DNA of 64,000 nt, from contig OZ243913.1 of assembly GCA_965213705.1 (NCBI GenBank), positions 1,472,001 to 1,536,000 of the forward strand, read 5' to 3'. This stretch comes from Trueperaceae bacterium. Lineage in GTDB: Bacteria; Deinococcota; Deinococci; Deinococcales; Trueperaceae. Positions within the stretch are counted from its first letter, which is position 1. Every line of letters begins with the position of its first letter. Positions 43,417 to 53,423 of the stretch are shown here, one piece after another. The notes below the pieces were generated by a model that saw only the letters and a list, made by a program, of their open reading frames with translations, searched no databases and was not told the origin of the DNA. The position numbers were made by a program, and so were the translations under genes.

Positions 43417-45156
43417 TTACTGCGGCGTGACGACTTGCGCAGTGCCGCTGCTGCGGCGGACCGGCTCGGCGACGGCGGTCAGGGTGCCGTCCTCGTTGAA
43501 ATAAATGCCGGTGACCGCGCCGATTTCGCTCGGGTCGCGGAATTCGTGGCCTCGAGCCATGAGCGCGGTAAGCAGTTCCGGCGACACCTCGGCCTCGATA
43601 GACGTGGCGCTGCTGTTGCGCTGCGACAAGCGCGGCGCGGCCACGGCTTCGGGCAAGGTCATGCCGAAGTCGGTGACGTTGAGGAGGGTTTGCAGCACCG
43701 TGGTGATGATGGTGCTGCCGCCGGGCGAGCCGAGCGCCATCACCACGCGACCGTCTCTCATGACAATCGTGGGCGACATGCTCGAGCGGGGCCGCTTGTA
43801 GGCTTCGACCACGTTGGGGCCGCCGGGCGCGCTGTCGAAGTCGGTGAGTTCGTTATTTAAGAGGAAACCCCGACCCGGTACGACAATGCCGCTACCGCCG
43901 GTCGATTCGATGGTGGTCGTAAAACTCACCACGTTGCCGTCCGCGTCCGCCACGGTGAGGTGGGTGGTGCTGGTGCCTTCGGTGTCGGCACCCGGCGGCG
44001 TTAAAGGCGGGCTCGGGTCGTCCTGAAACGCGAACGGGTCGCCGGGCGCGGGGTCGCTGCCGGCCGTCTCGGTAATCAAGGACGCGCGGGTGTCGGCGAA
44101 GTCTTGACTGAGCAAACCCTCGACCGGCACGTTCACAAAATCACTGTCGGCCATGTACGCGCCGCGGTCGGCGTAGGCGAGGCGGCTGGCCTCGAGCATA
44201 TGGTGAATTGCTGCCTCTTCAGACATCGTGCTCAGGTCGAAAGTGTCCAGCATGTTCAGGATGAGCGACACGGTCAAGCCACCGCTCGAGGGCGGCCCCA
44301 TCCCGTAGACCTCGTAGCCGCGGTACTCGCTCACGGTCGGGCGGCGCACGCGCACCTCGTAAGCGTCCAGGTCGGCCATCGTCATGTTTTGGCCGCGAAC
44401 CGGAAAGGGCGGGTCGTCCACGGCTTGCGGGTTTTGCACGGTGGCGACGAGGTCTTCGCCGATGGCCCCGTGATAAAAGGCGTCGGTGCCCTGCTCGGCG
44501 ATGGTTCGAAAGGTTTCAGCCAGGTCGGGGTTGGTGTGGACGCTGCCCGCCTCGGGCGCGGTGCCGTCTTCGGTGAGGTACAGCGCGGCGGTTGCCGGGA
44601 AGACCGAGAAGCGCTCGAGGTTTTGCTCGACTTGGCTAGAAAACGTCTCGGTAATCGGAAAACCGTTTTCGGCGATGTCGACGGCGGGCGCGAGGGCGGT
44701 GGCTAGGTCAATTGTGCCGTAGCGCTCGAGCGCAACTTCCCAACCCAGCAGCGTCCCCGGAATCCCGACGGCGAGGCCGCTCGAGATGCGGTCGGGATAA
44801 AAGTTGATGGGCTCGCCCGTCGCGCTGTCGATAAACATGTCCGGCGTCGCCGCGCCGGGGGCCATCTCGCGCATGTCGAGGGTGACGACGCGGTCTTCGT
44901 CGGCCAAGTAAACGACCATAAAGCCGCCCCCGCCGATGCCCACACTGAACGGGTTTGTTACGTTCAAAACGGCTGCGGCGGTGACGGCTGCGTCGACGGC
45001 GTTGCCCCCGAGTGCGAGCACGCTAATCGCCGCTTCGGTGGCAAAACGGTCCACGGTCGCCGCCGCGCCGCCCGTGCCCGTTTGGGTGCTCTGCGCGGTG
45101 CCCAGCGTCAGCACGAGCGCAAAGGGTAAAAAGACAAGTCGCCGGATAAAGTTCAT
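43417..45156 (-). CDS. ggt: Gamma-glutamyltransferase
   Basis: GGNAVDAAV, GIGGGGF, PPSSGG, TTHLTVAD nucleophile, KRPRSSMSP, GSPGG. Confidence 0.97.
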   Translation of the reverse strand: MNFIRRLVFLPFALVLTLGTAQSTQTGTGGAAATVDRFATEAAISVLALGGNAVDAAVTAAAVLNVTNPFSVGIGGGGFMVVYLADEDRVVTLDMREMAPGAATPDMFIDSATGEPINFYPDRISSGLAVGIPGTLLGWEVALERYGTIDLATALAPAVDIAENGFPITETFSSQVEQNLERFSVFPATAALYLTEDGTAPEAGSVHTNPDLAETFRTIAEQGTDAFYHGAIGEDLVATVQNPQAVDDPPFPVRGQNMTMADLDAYEVRVRRPTVSEYRGYEVYGMGPPSSGGLTVSLILNMLDTFDLSTMSEEAAIHHMLEASRLAYADRGAYMADSDFVNVPVEGLLSQDFADTRASLITETAGSDPAPGDPFAFQDDPSPPLTPPGADTEGTSTTHLTVADADGNVVSFTTTIESTGGSGIVVPGRGFLLNNELTDFDSAPGGPNVVEAYKRPRSSMSPTIVMRDGRVVMALGSPGGSTIITTVLQTLLNVTDFGMTLPEAVAAPRLSQRNSSATSIEAEVSPELLTALMARGHEFRDPSEIGAVTGIYFNEDGTLTAVAEPVRRSSGTAQVVTPQ

Positions 45157-45443
45157 AAGACCTCCCAGGGTCGAGGCGGGGACGGTGCAGGAGACGGCAC
45201 CTCAAGTGAATCGCTTGGAGGCCAGTGTAACCCGGCGCGGCACCGGCTCGAGCCGTACCCACGTCTGCCGAGAAGTGGCTCGAGCCCGTTGAGTTTGTAC
45301 AGTGCACCGTTTTATACTTCGGTTCGACGCTGAAATAGGCCTTTTCGGGTTTATCCGTCAACCAAACAACGGACAAGCGCTGTGAGTTGCCCTTATACCT
45401 GAAAGGGGTGCTTTACAAAAAGCTCCCACTTAGGAGGATAGTT

Positions 45444-46037
45444 ATGAAAAATGTTTTGCTCGTGGTTGCCGGTCTTGTCACTTCTATGGTCGCCGCCCAG
45501 GGGGAGCTGTTCGTGCTCGGGGCCGGCGGCACCGCGCCCCGGCAGCAGGTCGCGGTGCAGTCCAGCACCGACTTCGAAGACTTTATCGGCACGACGACGG
45601 CCATCACGGGCGAAGTCACCTTCGACCCCGAGGCCAACACCGGCTCCGGCTTTTTGGTCGTCGACGGCACCTCTATCGACACCGGCGTCGCGGAGCGCAA
45701 CGGCCACATGCGTGGCGAGAACTGGCTGAACTTCGACGAATATCCCGAGATTCGGTTCGACATTGAAAGTGTCGAGTACCTGGGCGACGACAACTACGAG
45801 GTGAGCGGCACCATGACCATGAGCGGCGCGACCGTACCTGTTACCGCGCCCGCGACCTTGCGCTACCTACCCGCCAGCGACGAGACCGCGGCGGCCCGGC
45901 TGGAGGGCGACATCATCGCGGTGCAAACCACGTTTCCGGTGGTGCTGAGCGACTTCGGGATTGAGCGCCCCGCGCCCGACCGCGTCGCCGACGAGCTGGC
46001 CCTCAACGTCCGCTTTTTCGCCTCCAACGGTGAGTAA
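45444..46037 (+). CDS. YceI family protein
   Basis: Signal peptide; SIDTGVAERNGHMRGENWLNFDEYPEIRF. Confidence 0.9.
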   Translation: MKNVLLVVAGLVTSMVAAQGELFVLGAGGTAPRQQVAVQSSTDFEDFIGTTTAITGEVTFDPEANTGSGFLVVDGTSIDTGVAERNGHMRGENWLNFDEYPEIRFDIESVEYLGDDNYEVSGTMTMSGATVPVTAPATLRYLPASDETAAARLEGDIIAVQTTFPVVLSDFGIERPAPDRVADELALNVRFFASNGE

Positions 46038-46040
46038 GTT

Positions 46041-46454
46041 GTGAATATACTGAAAGTTTTGGCGGCCGGAGGCGCAATTCTGGCCGCCGTGGTGCTCGTC
46101 GTGACGCTGCTGGCCTCGGTCTGGCTCGGCGGCCGCGCCGAGGCCGTGCAACGCGTCGTGCCCCACGACGAGGCGACGGCGGCGCTGCTGGGTGAGGTGG
46201 GCACGCCCGTCGGGCGGGTGGACAACTACATCATCTTGAACGAGGGCGCGTTTCTGGGCGAGACCACCGACGCGGGCGCGCAACTGGTGAGCGAGACGTT
46301 TTTGAAAGACAACAACGTCTACCCGTTACAGCTTAAAACTGTGACGTTTCTGCGGAACCTGGTGGCGGCGGTGAGCCTGGCGGCGCTTTTGCTCCTGGGC
46401 GGGCTGTGGCTGTGGCTGAGACGCCGGGGCGAACCCGCGCGGGCGAACGCTTAA
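46041..46454 (+). CDS. Hypothetical membrane protein (2 TM)
   Basis: Directly follows yceI-like gene; terminal hydrophobic segments. Confidence 0.7.
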   Translation: MNILKVLAAGGAILAAVVLVVTLLASVWLGGRAEAVQRVVPHDEATAALLGEVGTPVGRVDNYIILNEGAFLGETTDAGAQLVSETFLKDNNVYPLQLKTVTFLRNLVAAVSLAALLLLGGLWLWLRRRGEPARANA

Positions 46455-46528
46455 GAAAGACGGGCTGGCGCAGTCGGTATGAGGCAACTTGACACCTACC
46501 GAAGCTCGTTGCGTCGGCCTCACTGTAC

Positions 46529-46610
46529 TGTCGTTCTGAACGAAGCGCAGGAGTAGTCTCGTTTCGAGTTTGGCCCTCGAGAGACTCTTTCGCTACCGCT
46601 CAGAGTGACG
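46529..46610. repeat. Degenerate long inverted repeat (TGTCATTCTGAGCGAAGCGAAG...CTTCGCT.CGCTCAGAATGAC type)
   Basis: TGTCGTTCTGAACGAAGCGCAGGAGTAGTCTC ... GAGACTCTTTCGCTACCGCTCAGAGTGACG. Confidence 0.6.
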
Positions 46611-46709
46611 GAAAAAGTAGAAGACCGCTCTTGCTGTCAAGGTGAGAGCGGGTTTCGAATTCGCCCTCGAGCCCGTCCCCTACCTTCAGCCCCGGTGCTA
46701 AAGTAAACC

Positions 46710-47930
46710 ATGCACGTCGTTTTTATCGCGCCGAGCTTTCCGGCGAACCAAAAGCAGTTCGTCCGCGCGCTTGCCGAGGTGGGCGCAACGGTCACGGGCA
46801 TCGGCGAGACGGACTTTTACGAGTTGCCAGAGGACGTGCGGGCTTGGCTGAGTTGGTACGAGCGCGTGCCGTCGGTGACCGACGAAGCGGCGCTGTTGGC
46901 GGCGGTGCGGCGCGTGCAGGCGCAGGTTTGGGTGGACCGTCTGGAAGCGACTATTGAGTCGCACATGCTCACCGTTTCAAAGGTGCGCGAGGCCTGCGGC
47001 ATTCCGGGGACGAGCTACCGGCAAACCTTGCTGTGCCGCGACAAAACCTTTATGAAAGACTTTATGCGCGAGCACGGCATTCCGACCGCCGCCTCGAGGG
47101 CGGTGACAAGCGCCGCCGAAGTGCGCGACTTCGTCGAGATGCACGGTTACCCCGTCGTCTTGAAACCCAAAGACGGCGCGGGCGCGGCGGCGACCTACCG
47201 CGCGGACGACGACGAGAGTTTGCAGCGCGCGCTCGACGAAATAGGCGGCAGCGGCGCGTTAACCATCGCGGTCGAAGAGTTTGTCTCTGGGCACGAAGGT
47301 TTTTACGACACCCTCACGGTGGGGGGCGAGGTGGTTTACGAATTCATCAGCCACTACTACCCGAACGTGTTGGAGGCCATGCGGACGCGCTGGGTTTCGC
47401 CCGTCATCATCACGACGAACCGCGTGGACAGCCCCGGTTACGACGAACTCAAGGCGCTGGGGCGCAAGGTTATATCCGCGCTGGGGTTGCAGACCGCGCC
47501 GACCCACATGGAGTGGTTTTTCGGCGACAAAGGCCTGAAGTTTTCCGAAATCGGCGCGCGTCCGCCGGGGGTGGGGCAGTGGGACCTGTACAGCGCCGCG
47601 AACGACCTCGACCTGTATAGGGAGTGGGCGCACGCGGTCGCTTACGGCAGCGCGCCGGGACACTTGTCGCGCGCTTACTCCGCCGCCATCATCGCCCTGC
47701 GCCCGACGCAAGACGGCGTAGTCGACCACTACGAGGGTGTGGAGCGCGTCGCGGACAAGTACAACGACCTCGTCATCCGGGCTCATTTCCCCGAGCCGGG
47801 CTCGAGCACGCAAGCCGTGGAAGCGGGTTACATGGCGAACGCCTGGCTGCAACTCAAACACCCCGACTTTGATGAGTTGCGGCGTATCCTCACCGAAATC
47901 GGGGAGACGGTGCGGGTGGTCGCGCGCTAG
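46710..47930 (+). CDS. ATP-grasp domain protein
   Basis: RDKTFMK, GYPVVLKPKDGAGA, VEEFVSG, THMEWF, SEIGARPPG. Confidence 0.9.
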   Translation: MHVVFIAPSFPANQKQFVRALAEVGATVTGIGETDFYELPEDVRAWLSWYERVPSVTDEAALLAAVRRVQAQVWVDRLEATIESHMLTVSKVREACGIPGTSYRQTLLCRDKTFMKDFMREHGIPTAASRAVTSAAEVRDFVEMHGYPVVLKPKDGAGAAATYRADDDESLQRALDEIGGSGALTIAVEEFVSGHEGFYDTLTVGGEVVYEFISHYYPNVLEAMRTRWVSPVIITTNRVDSPGYDELKALGRKVISALGLQTAPTHMEWFFGDKGLKFSEIGARPPGVGQWDLYSAANDLDLYREWAHAVAYGSAPGHLSRAYSAAIIALRPTQDGVVDHYEGVERVADKYNDLVIRAHFPEPGSSTQAVEAGYMANAWLQLKHPDFDELRRILTEIGETVRVVAR

Positions 47931-48470
47931 GTGCTCGAGCTTCTCGTCTACCGCCTCAGGACGGCCGTTTCAACCCTGCCGGACGCGGGCGGTTGGCTTG
48001 TCACGTTTTTCTTGTTCGCACTCTTCGCCGTCCTCACTTTTTTGATTCTGCGTTCGACACGGCTGTTCGAGTTTTCGCTTAGCGAGCTGCCGGTCTCTAA
48101 AATCCTGCTGCTGGCACTTATCGCCGTGTTTACACCGAGCTTGCCCGAAGAAATCCTCTACCGCGTGGTGCTGTTGCCACATCCGGACGAACAAGTTTCG
48201 CTCACGGTGCGCGCTCTGTGGAGCGGCGGGGCGTTGCTCGTGTTCGTCGCGGCCCACCCGCTTCTCGCGCTAACGGCCTGGCCCTGGTCGCGGCGCATCT
48301 TTTACCGCAGGTCGTTTTTGGCAATCGTCGCGCTGCTGGGGACGGTCTGCACGCTCGCGTACTTTGCGACCGGCTCGGTTTGGGCAAGTGTCGCACTGCA
48401 CTGGGCGACGGTTGTGGGTTGGAAGCTGTTTTACGGCGGGCCGGACTTCAACCTGGGGCGCCCGCCCTGA
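47931..48470 (+). CDS. CPBP family intramembrane glutamic endopeptidase
   Basis: PEEILYR, FVAAH, LHW motifs. Confidence 0.85.
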   Translation: MLELLVYRLRTAVSTLPDAGGWLVTFFLFALFAVLTFLILRSTRLFEFSLSELPVSKILLLALIAVFTPSLPEEILYRVVLLPHPDEQVSLTVRALWSGGALLVFVAAHPLLALTAWPWSRRIFYRRSFLAIVALLGTVCTLAYFATGSVWASVALHWATVVGWKLFYGGPDFNLGRPP

Positions 48471-48609
48471 GAAGCCCGTCCTCAACCAAAGTCAAAAAGA
48501 GGTTTCGGCAACCCCGGTGTGAGACGGGGCGACAGAAGTGGCCCGCAGAGGTGTTGCGGAGTGTAAGTTCTTGTTGACGTAACCACGCCGACGGACTTAG
48601 GCTCAAGCT

Positions 48610-49635
48610 GTGGACCGTCCCGTTGCGTCGCCGACCTCGTTGAAAATCGTTCCCGGTCTCGTTCTCACCGCCGCGCTCACGCTGCTCGCTTACCTGCTGG
48701 ACAGGGTGCCGGGGTTGCACCTGTTGGGCACGCTCGGCATCGCGCTCGTGCTCGGGTTGGCGTGGCGGGGGTTTCTGGGTTTGCCGGGACGGGCCGCGCC
48801 CGGCGCGCGCTTTTCGGCGCGGACGCTTCTTAACGCGGGCGTCATCCTGCTCGGGGTGCGGCTGGACTTCGTCTTGCTTTACCGGGCTGGACCGGCGGTG
48901 CTGTTGCTGGACTTGCTGGTGGTGACGGCGGGGTTGTTGGTGATGGAACGGGTCGGCAAGTGGTGGGGTTTGTCGCGCGGGCTGCGGCTGGCGCTGGCGG
49001 TGGGCTCGAGCATCTGCGGCGCGTCGGCGATTGCCGCGTCGGTGCCGGTTATCAAGGCCACCGACGACGAGGTTTCAGTGGCGGTCGGGGTGGTGAGCGT
49101 GCTCGGCACCCTGGGCGTGCTCGGTTACGGCTTGCTGGGGCCGCTGTTGGCCTGGAGCCCGGCGCACTACGGACTGATGACCGGCGCGACGCTCCACGCG
49201 GTCGGCCACGTGCTCGCGGCGGGCGCGGCGCAAGGTGCCGAAGCGCTCGACGTCGCCACCTTGACCAAGCTCACGCGAGTCGCGCTGTTGGCCCCGGTGC
49301 TGCTGGTGTTGGGCGCGCTGCTGCGGCGGCGGGACGCAGCTCTAGGCGCGACCGTTTCGCTCACGGCAAAACGGCCGCCGCTCGTGCCCGGCTTTTTGGT
49401 GGGGTTTCTGGCGCTCGGGCTCGTGAACAGTCTCGGGCTGATTCCGCCCGGACTGGTGGGGGTGCTCGAGACCCTGAGCGTGCTGCTGACCGCAATGGCG
49501 ATGGTCGGAATAGGTTTGGGTGTGGACTTCGGCGTGTTGCGGCGAATAGGCGGCGGCGCGTTGCGGTTGGGCGTGGTTGGGTTTGCGGCTATCTTGTTGG
49601 TTGCGGGAGTCTATGCAGCTTTCGTCCAGTTCTGA
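48610..49635 (+). CDS. YeiH/putative sulfate exporter family membrane protein
   Basis: GVILLGVRL, GSSICGASAIAA, KLTRVALLAP. Confidence 0.92.
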   Translation: MDRPVASPTSLKIVPGLVLTAALTLLAYLLDRVPGLHLLGTLGIALVLGLAWRGFLGLPGRAAPGARFSARTLLNAGVILLGVRLDFVLLYRAGPAVLLLDLLVVTAGLLVMERVGKWWGLSRGLRLALAVGSSICGASAIAASVPVIKATDDEVSVAVGVVSVLGTLGVLGYGLLGPLLAWSPAHYGLMTGATLHAVGHVLAAGAAQGAEALDVATLTKLTRVALLAPVLLVLGALLRRRDAALGATVSLTAKRPPLVPGFLVGFLALGLVNSLGLIPPGLVGVLETLSVLLTAMAMVGIGLGVDFGVLRRIGGGALRLGVVGFAAILLVAGVYAAFVQF

Positions 49636-49800
49636 AAAGGCCTTCGACGGCTCTGGACAAACAGTTGCGGCAAAAAGTGAACAGAATCTACAGCAGTTCC
49701 GGAACCGCCTGAGACGTTCTCGCTGTGCCTCGTTCAACATCCTTTTGGCCTAAAGGGCGACCCACTTGTCGAGGGACAAGGTCAAAAACAGTTGTGCCTG

Positions 49801-49843
49801 GTCAAATCGAGAAAGTCAAACCGAGAAAGTCAAACCGAAAAAA
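49801..49843. repeat. 14-bp tandem repeat x3 (GTCAAACCGAGAAA)
   Basis: Copies at 49801, 49815, 49829. Confidence 0.8.
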
Positions 49844-49947
49844 TGCTACAAAGCGAAAGTTGTGACGTTCACAATCCAACCTCACTTACAGTTTCGTACC
49901 TTGCCGCTGTTTATCCTGAGATTTGTGCTGGACACAAACTATTGGGG

Positions 49948-49967
49948 GACAACCTAGTTAGGTTGTC
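49948..49967. promoter_or_regulatory. 20-bp palindrome, candidate operator
   Basis: GACAACCTA-GT-TAGGTTGTC, about 105 bp upstream of the hydrolase start. Confidence 0.45.
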
Positions 49968-50073
49968 GTCTTGGCAGGGCACCGGGGGGTGAAATTTGAA
50001 CAACTACTTTTGAGTGCTGCAGTAAACTTCACAAAGCAAACAACGAACCCAACTCACTTTTTCAAGGAGGACC

Positions 50074-50955
50074 ATGAAACGTCTTAACGCTGTCATCTTG
50101 CTACTTGCGACCGTTCTGCTTACAGCCTGCGCCACGGCCCAAACGGGCGACACGACGGGGAGCTTTCTCGAGCGTCCCGACGGCGCGCGCATCCACTACC
50201 AGGTAACGGGCTCGGGCGAGCCGATGCTGCTCGTTCACGGCTACCCGCTGTCCGAAGAACTGTTTTCGCAAAACCGCGACGCGCTCGCCGCCGAGTACCA
50301 GGTCGTCACCCCGACGCTGCGCGGCTACGGCCAGAGCGAAGCGCCGACGAGCGACGCGACGATTTCCACCTACGCCGAGGACATGCTCGCGCTCATGGAC
50401 GAACTCGGCGTGCAGCAAGCCATCGTCGGCGGCATGTCGATGGGCGGGCCTATCGTGTTCGAAATGTACCGCCAAGCGCCCACTCGCTTTAAAGGCATGA
50501 TTCTCATCGACACCATCGCCGCGCCCGCCATGCCGCCCGAAGCCGGGTTGTGGAACGGCGTCACCGAACTCGTCAATCAGGACGGCGTGGACGCGCTCGT
50601 GCCGGTGCTGCTCAAAGACATGCTGACCGGCGAAACACGCATGAACCAGCCCGAGCAGGCCGAATTTTTGACCGGAATTATCAAGCAAGCCTCGGTCAAC
50701 GGTGCTTTAGCTGGTGCCAAAGCGCTCGCCAACCGCCCCGACTCGCAGCCGACCCTGACCGAAATCACCGTGCCCACCCTGATTTTGGTCGGACTGGCCG
50801 ACTCGCTCTACCCGTTCGAGATTGCCCGGATGATGAACGAGGCCATCCTCAATTCGGAGTTGGTCATCCTGGACGGCGCGTCGCACGCGGCGATTTACGA
50901 AGCGGCCGAGCAAGCGAACCAGGCAATCCTGGACTGGGCGGCAGGCGTTCAGTAA
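50074..50955 (+). CDS. Alpha/beta hydrolase, predicted lipoprotein
   Basis: LLTAC lipobox; LVHGYP, GMSMGG nucleophile elbow, ASH. Confidence 0.92.
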   Translation: MKRLNAVILLLATVLLTACATAQTGDTTGSFLERPDGARIHYQVTGSGEPMLLVHGYPLSEELFSQNRDALAAEYQVVTPTLRGYGQSEAPTSDATISTYAEDMLALMDELGVQQAIVGGMSMGGPIVFEMYRQAPTRFKGMILIDTIAAPAMPPEAGLWNGVTELVNQDGVDALVPVLLKDMLTGETRMNQPEQAEFLTGIIKQASVNGALAGAKALANRPDSQPTLTEITVPTLILVGLADSLYPFEIARMMNEAILNSELVILDGASHAAIYEAAEQANQAILDWAAGVQ

Positions 50956-50973
50956 AGTTTGAAGAAAACGACC

Positions 50974-51001
50974 GGCGGGGCGTAAGCGCCCCGCCTTTTT
51001 T
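50974..51001 (+). terminator. Intrinsic terminator
   Basis: GGCGGGGCG-TAA-GCGCCCCGCC-T6. Confidence 0.8.
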
Positions 51002-51123
51002 GTGGCCGCCCCGAGCCGCTGTGGACGTGTAGAATTCGTCTTACAAAGTGCTGGACGGGCTGGACGAAACCTTGGGGGCAGCATGGCAAAAAATCGCGGG
51101 GCTCGAGCGGTCAAGGGTACGGC

Positions 51124-52380
51124 GTGAGTGACCTGAACCTCACCCTGTTCGCGCTCGGCGCGCTCACGCTTGTTTTAAGTTTGCTGTCGGGATTCGTCAA
51201 GCGCAAGGTTTATCCCGTCTCCGAACCGATGCTGGCGCTGGCGCTGGGCGTCCTCCTGGGTCCTTACGGGTTCAAGCTGCTCGAGATAGCTCACTGGGGC
51301 GAGCCGCGTGGCATCCTCGAGACCGCCGCCCGCTTGACCGTCGCCGTGTCGGTGATGGCGACGGCGCTGCGCCTGCCGAAGGGTTATTTTCCAAACAACG
51401 TTTCGGCGCTTTTAGCGCTGCTCGGGCCGGGGATGCTGCTGATGTGGTTGACTAGCGGGTTGCTGGCTTGGTGGCTGCTGGACGTGCCGTTTTGGCTCGG
51501 GCTGCTCGTCGGCGCGGTTCTCACGCCCACCGACCCGGTGGTGTCCGGGACCATCGTGACCGGCGAAACGGCCAAAAAGTACATCCCGGCGCGCCTGCGC
51601 AACCTGCTCTCCGCCGAGGCCGGGGCCAACGACGGCGGCGCGTACGTGTTCGTGTTTTTGTGCCTGCTGATGCTGGAACGTTCGCCGGGCGCGGCGCTGC
51701 TCGAGTGGACGACGCGTGTGCTGCTCTGGGAAGTGCTCGCCGCCGCGGTGATTGGCTACCTGCTCGGCTACGCGGCGGGGCGGGTACAAAAGTGGGCTGA
51801 GCAGCGCGACTTTGTGGAGACGAGTTCGCTGTTTACCGTGACGATAGCGCTCACGGCGGTGGTCCTGGCCGGGGTGGCGCTCGTAGGCGGCAACGGTATT
51901 TTGGCCGTCTTTGCCGCCGGTTTGGCGTTCAACCGCGCCGTCGGCGAGCCCGAGGAGGACGAGCAAGCGGCCGTGCAAGAAGCCGTCAACCGCCTGTTCT
52001 CGTTTCCGGTTTTGGTGCTGTTCGGTATGGCGTTGCCCTGGCAGGGTTGGGGTGAACTGGGCTGGGCGGGACCCTTACTCGCCTCGCTGCTGCTCCTGCT
52101 GCGCCGATTGCCGATGACGCTGTTGCTCCGGCCCTTGCTGACACCGCTGCAACGGCGCGCCGACGTGCTGTTCACGGGCTGGTTCGGGCCTGTGGGGGTG
52201 GCGGCGGTGTTTTACGCGGCGCATACCTCGGAGCGGTTGGGGAGCGACCTCGTTTGGAACGTGTGCAGCCTCGTGGTGGCGGCGTCGGTGGTGGCGTTCG
52301 GGGTGACCTCCACACCGTTTACACTGCTTTACGGGCGGCTTTCAAACAGTAAACAGGACGGTGCGCGAGACGACGCATAA
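51124..52380 (+). CDS. CPA1 cation:proton antiporter (NhaP-like)
   Basis: LTPTDPV, EAGANDG, GWFGPVGVA. Confidence 0.92.
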   Translation: MSDLNLTLFALGALTLVLSLLSGFVKRKVYPVSEPMLALALGVLLGPYGFKLLEIAHWGEPRGILETAARLTVAVSVMATALRLPKGYFPNNVSALLALLGPGMLLMWLTSGLLAWWLLDVPFWLGLLVGAVLTPTDPVVSGTIVTGETAKKYIPARLRNLLSAEAGANDGGAYVFVFLCLLMLERSPGAALLEWTTRVLLWEVLAAAVIGYLLGYAAGRVQKWAEQRDFVETSSLFTVTIALTAVVLAGVALVGGNGILAVFAAGLAFNRAVGEPEEDEQAAVQEAVNRLFSFPVLVLFGMALPWQGWGELGWAGPLLASLLLLLRRLPMTLLLRPLLTPLQRRADVLFTGWFGPVGVAAVFYAAHTSERLGSDLVWNVCSLVVAASVVAFGVTSTPFTLLYGRLSNSKQDGARDDA

Positions 52381-52421
52381 ACCGCCCTGTCTAACCGTCC
52401 TGTCTGACAACCGCGTGAAGT

Positions 52422-52922
52422 CTAGGCGGACACCCGCTCGAGGTAGCCCCGCGTCACGACCGGAATCTGCTCGCGCAAAAAGTCGGCCATGCGCTCTTCT
52501 TCTTGCAAAATGCCCTCGCACACGCTCGCCGTTTGCTCGTCGCCCAAGGCGCGGGCGGCCGCCACGAGCGAGCGGTACGAGGCGATTTCGAACGACTCGG
52601 CGGCGTAGTCGCCGAGCGCGTTTTTGACCACCTCGTCCGCGGCCAGCCCCGAGCCTCTGGCCTGAAAAAAACCGCTGACCGTGCCGAGGGCGTCTTTGGC
52701 CGTGGAGGTGCTGCCGCCCAAACGTTTTATACACGCTTCGACCTGTTCGGCGTGACGGCGCGACTCTTCCAGGTGCTGCTCAAGCCGCTGTTGCAACTCC
52801 GCGTAGCCCTTTTCGCCCGCGTCCTTGCTGTGGTTTTGGTAGGTCTGCACCGCGTTCAGCTCGAGCGCGTGCGCGTCTTTGAGCCAGGCTAGGAGCGTGT
52901 CTTGTTGGCTGTCTTTGCTCAT
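52422..52922 (-). CDS. YciE/DUF892 ferritin-like stress protein
   Basis: WLKDAHALE, HLEESRRH, ADEVVKN, EIASYRSL, EEERMADFL. Confidence 0.9.
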   Translation of the reverse strand: MSKDSQQDTLLAWLKDAHALELNAVQTYQNHSKDAGEKGYAELQQRLEQHLEESRRHAEQVEACIKRLGGSTSTAKDALGTVSGFFQARGSGLAADEVVKNALGDYAAESFEIASYRSLVAAARALGDEQTASVCEGILQEEERMADFLREQIPVVTRGYLERVSA

Positions 52923-53423
52923 GAGTAAACCCCCTTGGGGCCGCTTTGGAACCGGCTGAACCTCAGTGTAAAAAAGGTTCGGCCGGGGCGTCTGCAAGCT
53001 TGCGCGCTTTTGGGGGTTGTTTCACCCCGGTTGTTGTCTACAAAGAGCGCGGCAAACAAAGCGGGAGGCGTCCACCACTTTGTATTTGTAATCGTGAAAC
53101 GCTCAGGGCGTACTCTTGACGCGTTCTCCTGGTACAACCTATGTGAAGAAGAGAACCGAACGCCCTGTTTGTTACGTCAAGTCGAGGGAAAGCTGACCTA
53201 CAAAGCGCTGCCTGATGAGCGAGAAGCCGAAAAACCTCAAACGAGAACTCAGGAGAGGATGATACCTTTGGGCTCGACACGGACTTTGAAAGGGCAGCGG
53301 CGCGGGTTTCGGAAGTTAGGCCGAAATAGGTGAGAGAGAAAAGCCTGTGTCAAAAAGTGGAAAATCTGCCGCTGCTAGGTAGGTTCATTTGGTTTATGAT
53401 TGTTTTCAGGAAGGTTGCTGACG

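Noticed and set aside
49860..49874. Rex/CRP-like TGTGA..TCACA site
   Set aside because: Spacer is 3 nt rather than the 6 nt of CRP/Rex boxes.
53212..53232. Hammerhead-like CTGATGA...GAAA
   Set aside because: Stem II cannot form beyond one pair and no stems I/III are evident; better explained as part of the IS1595 relic.
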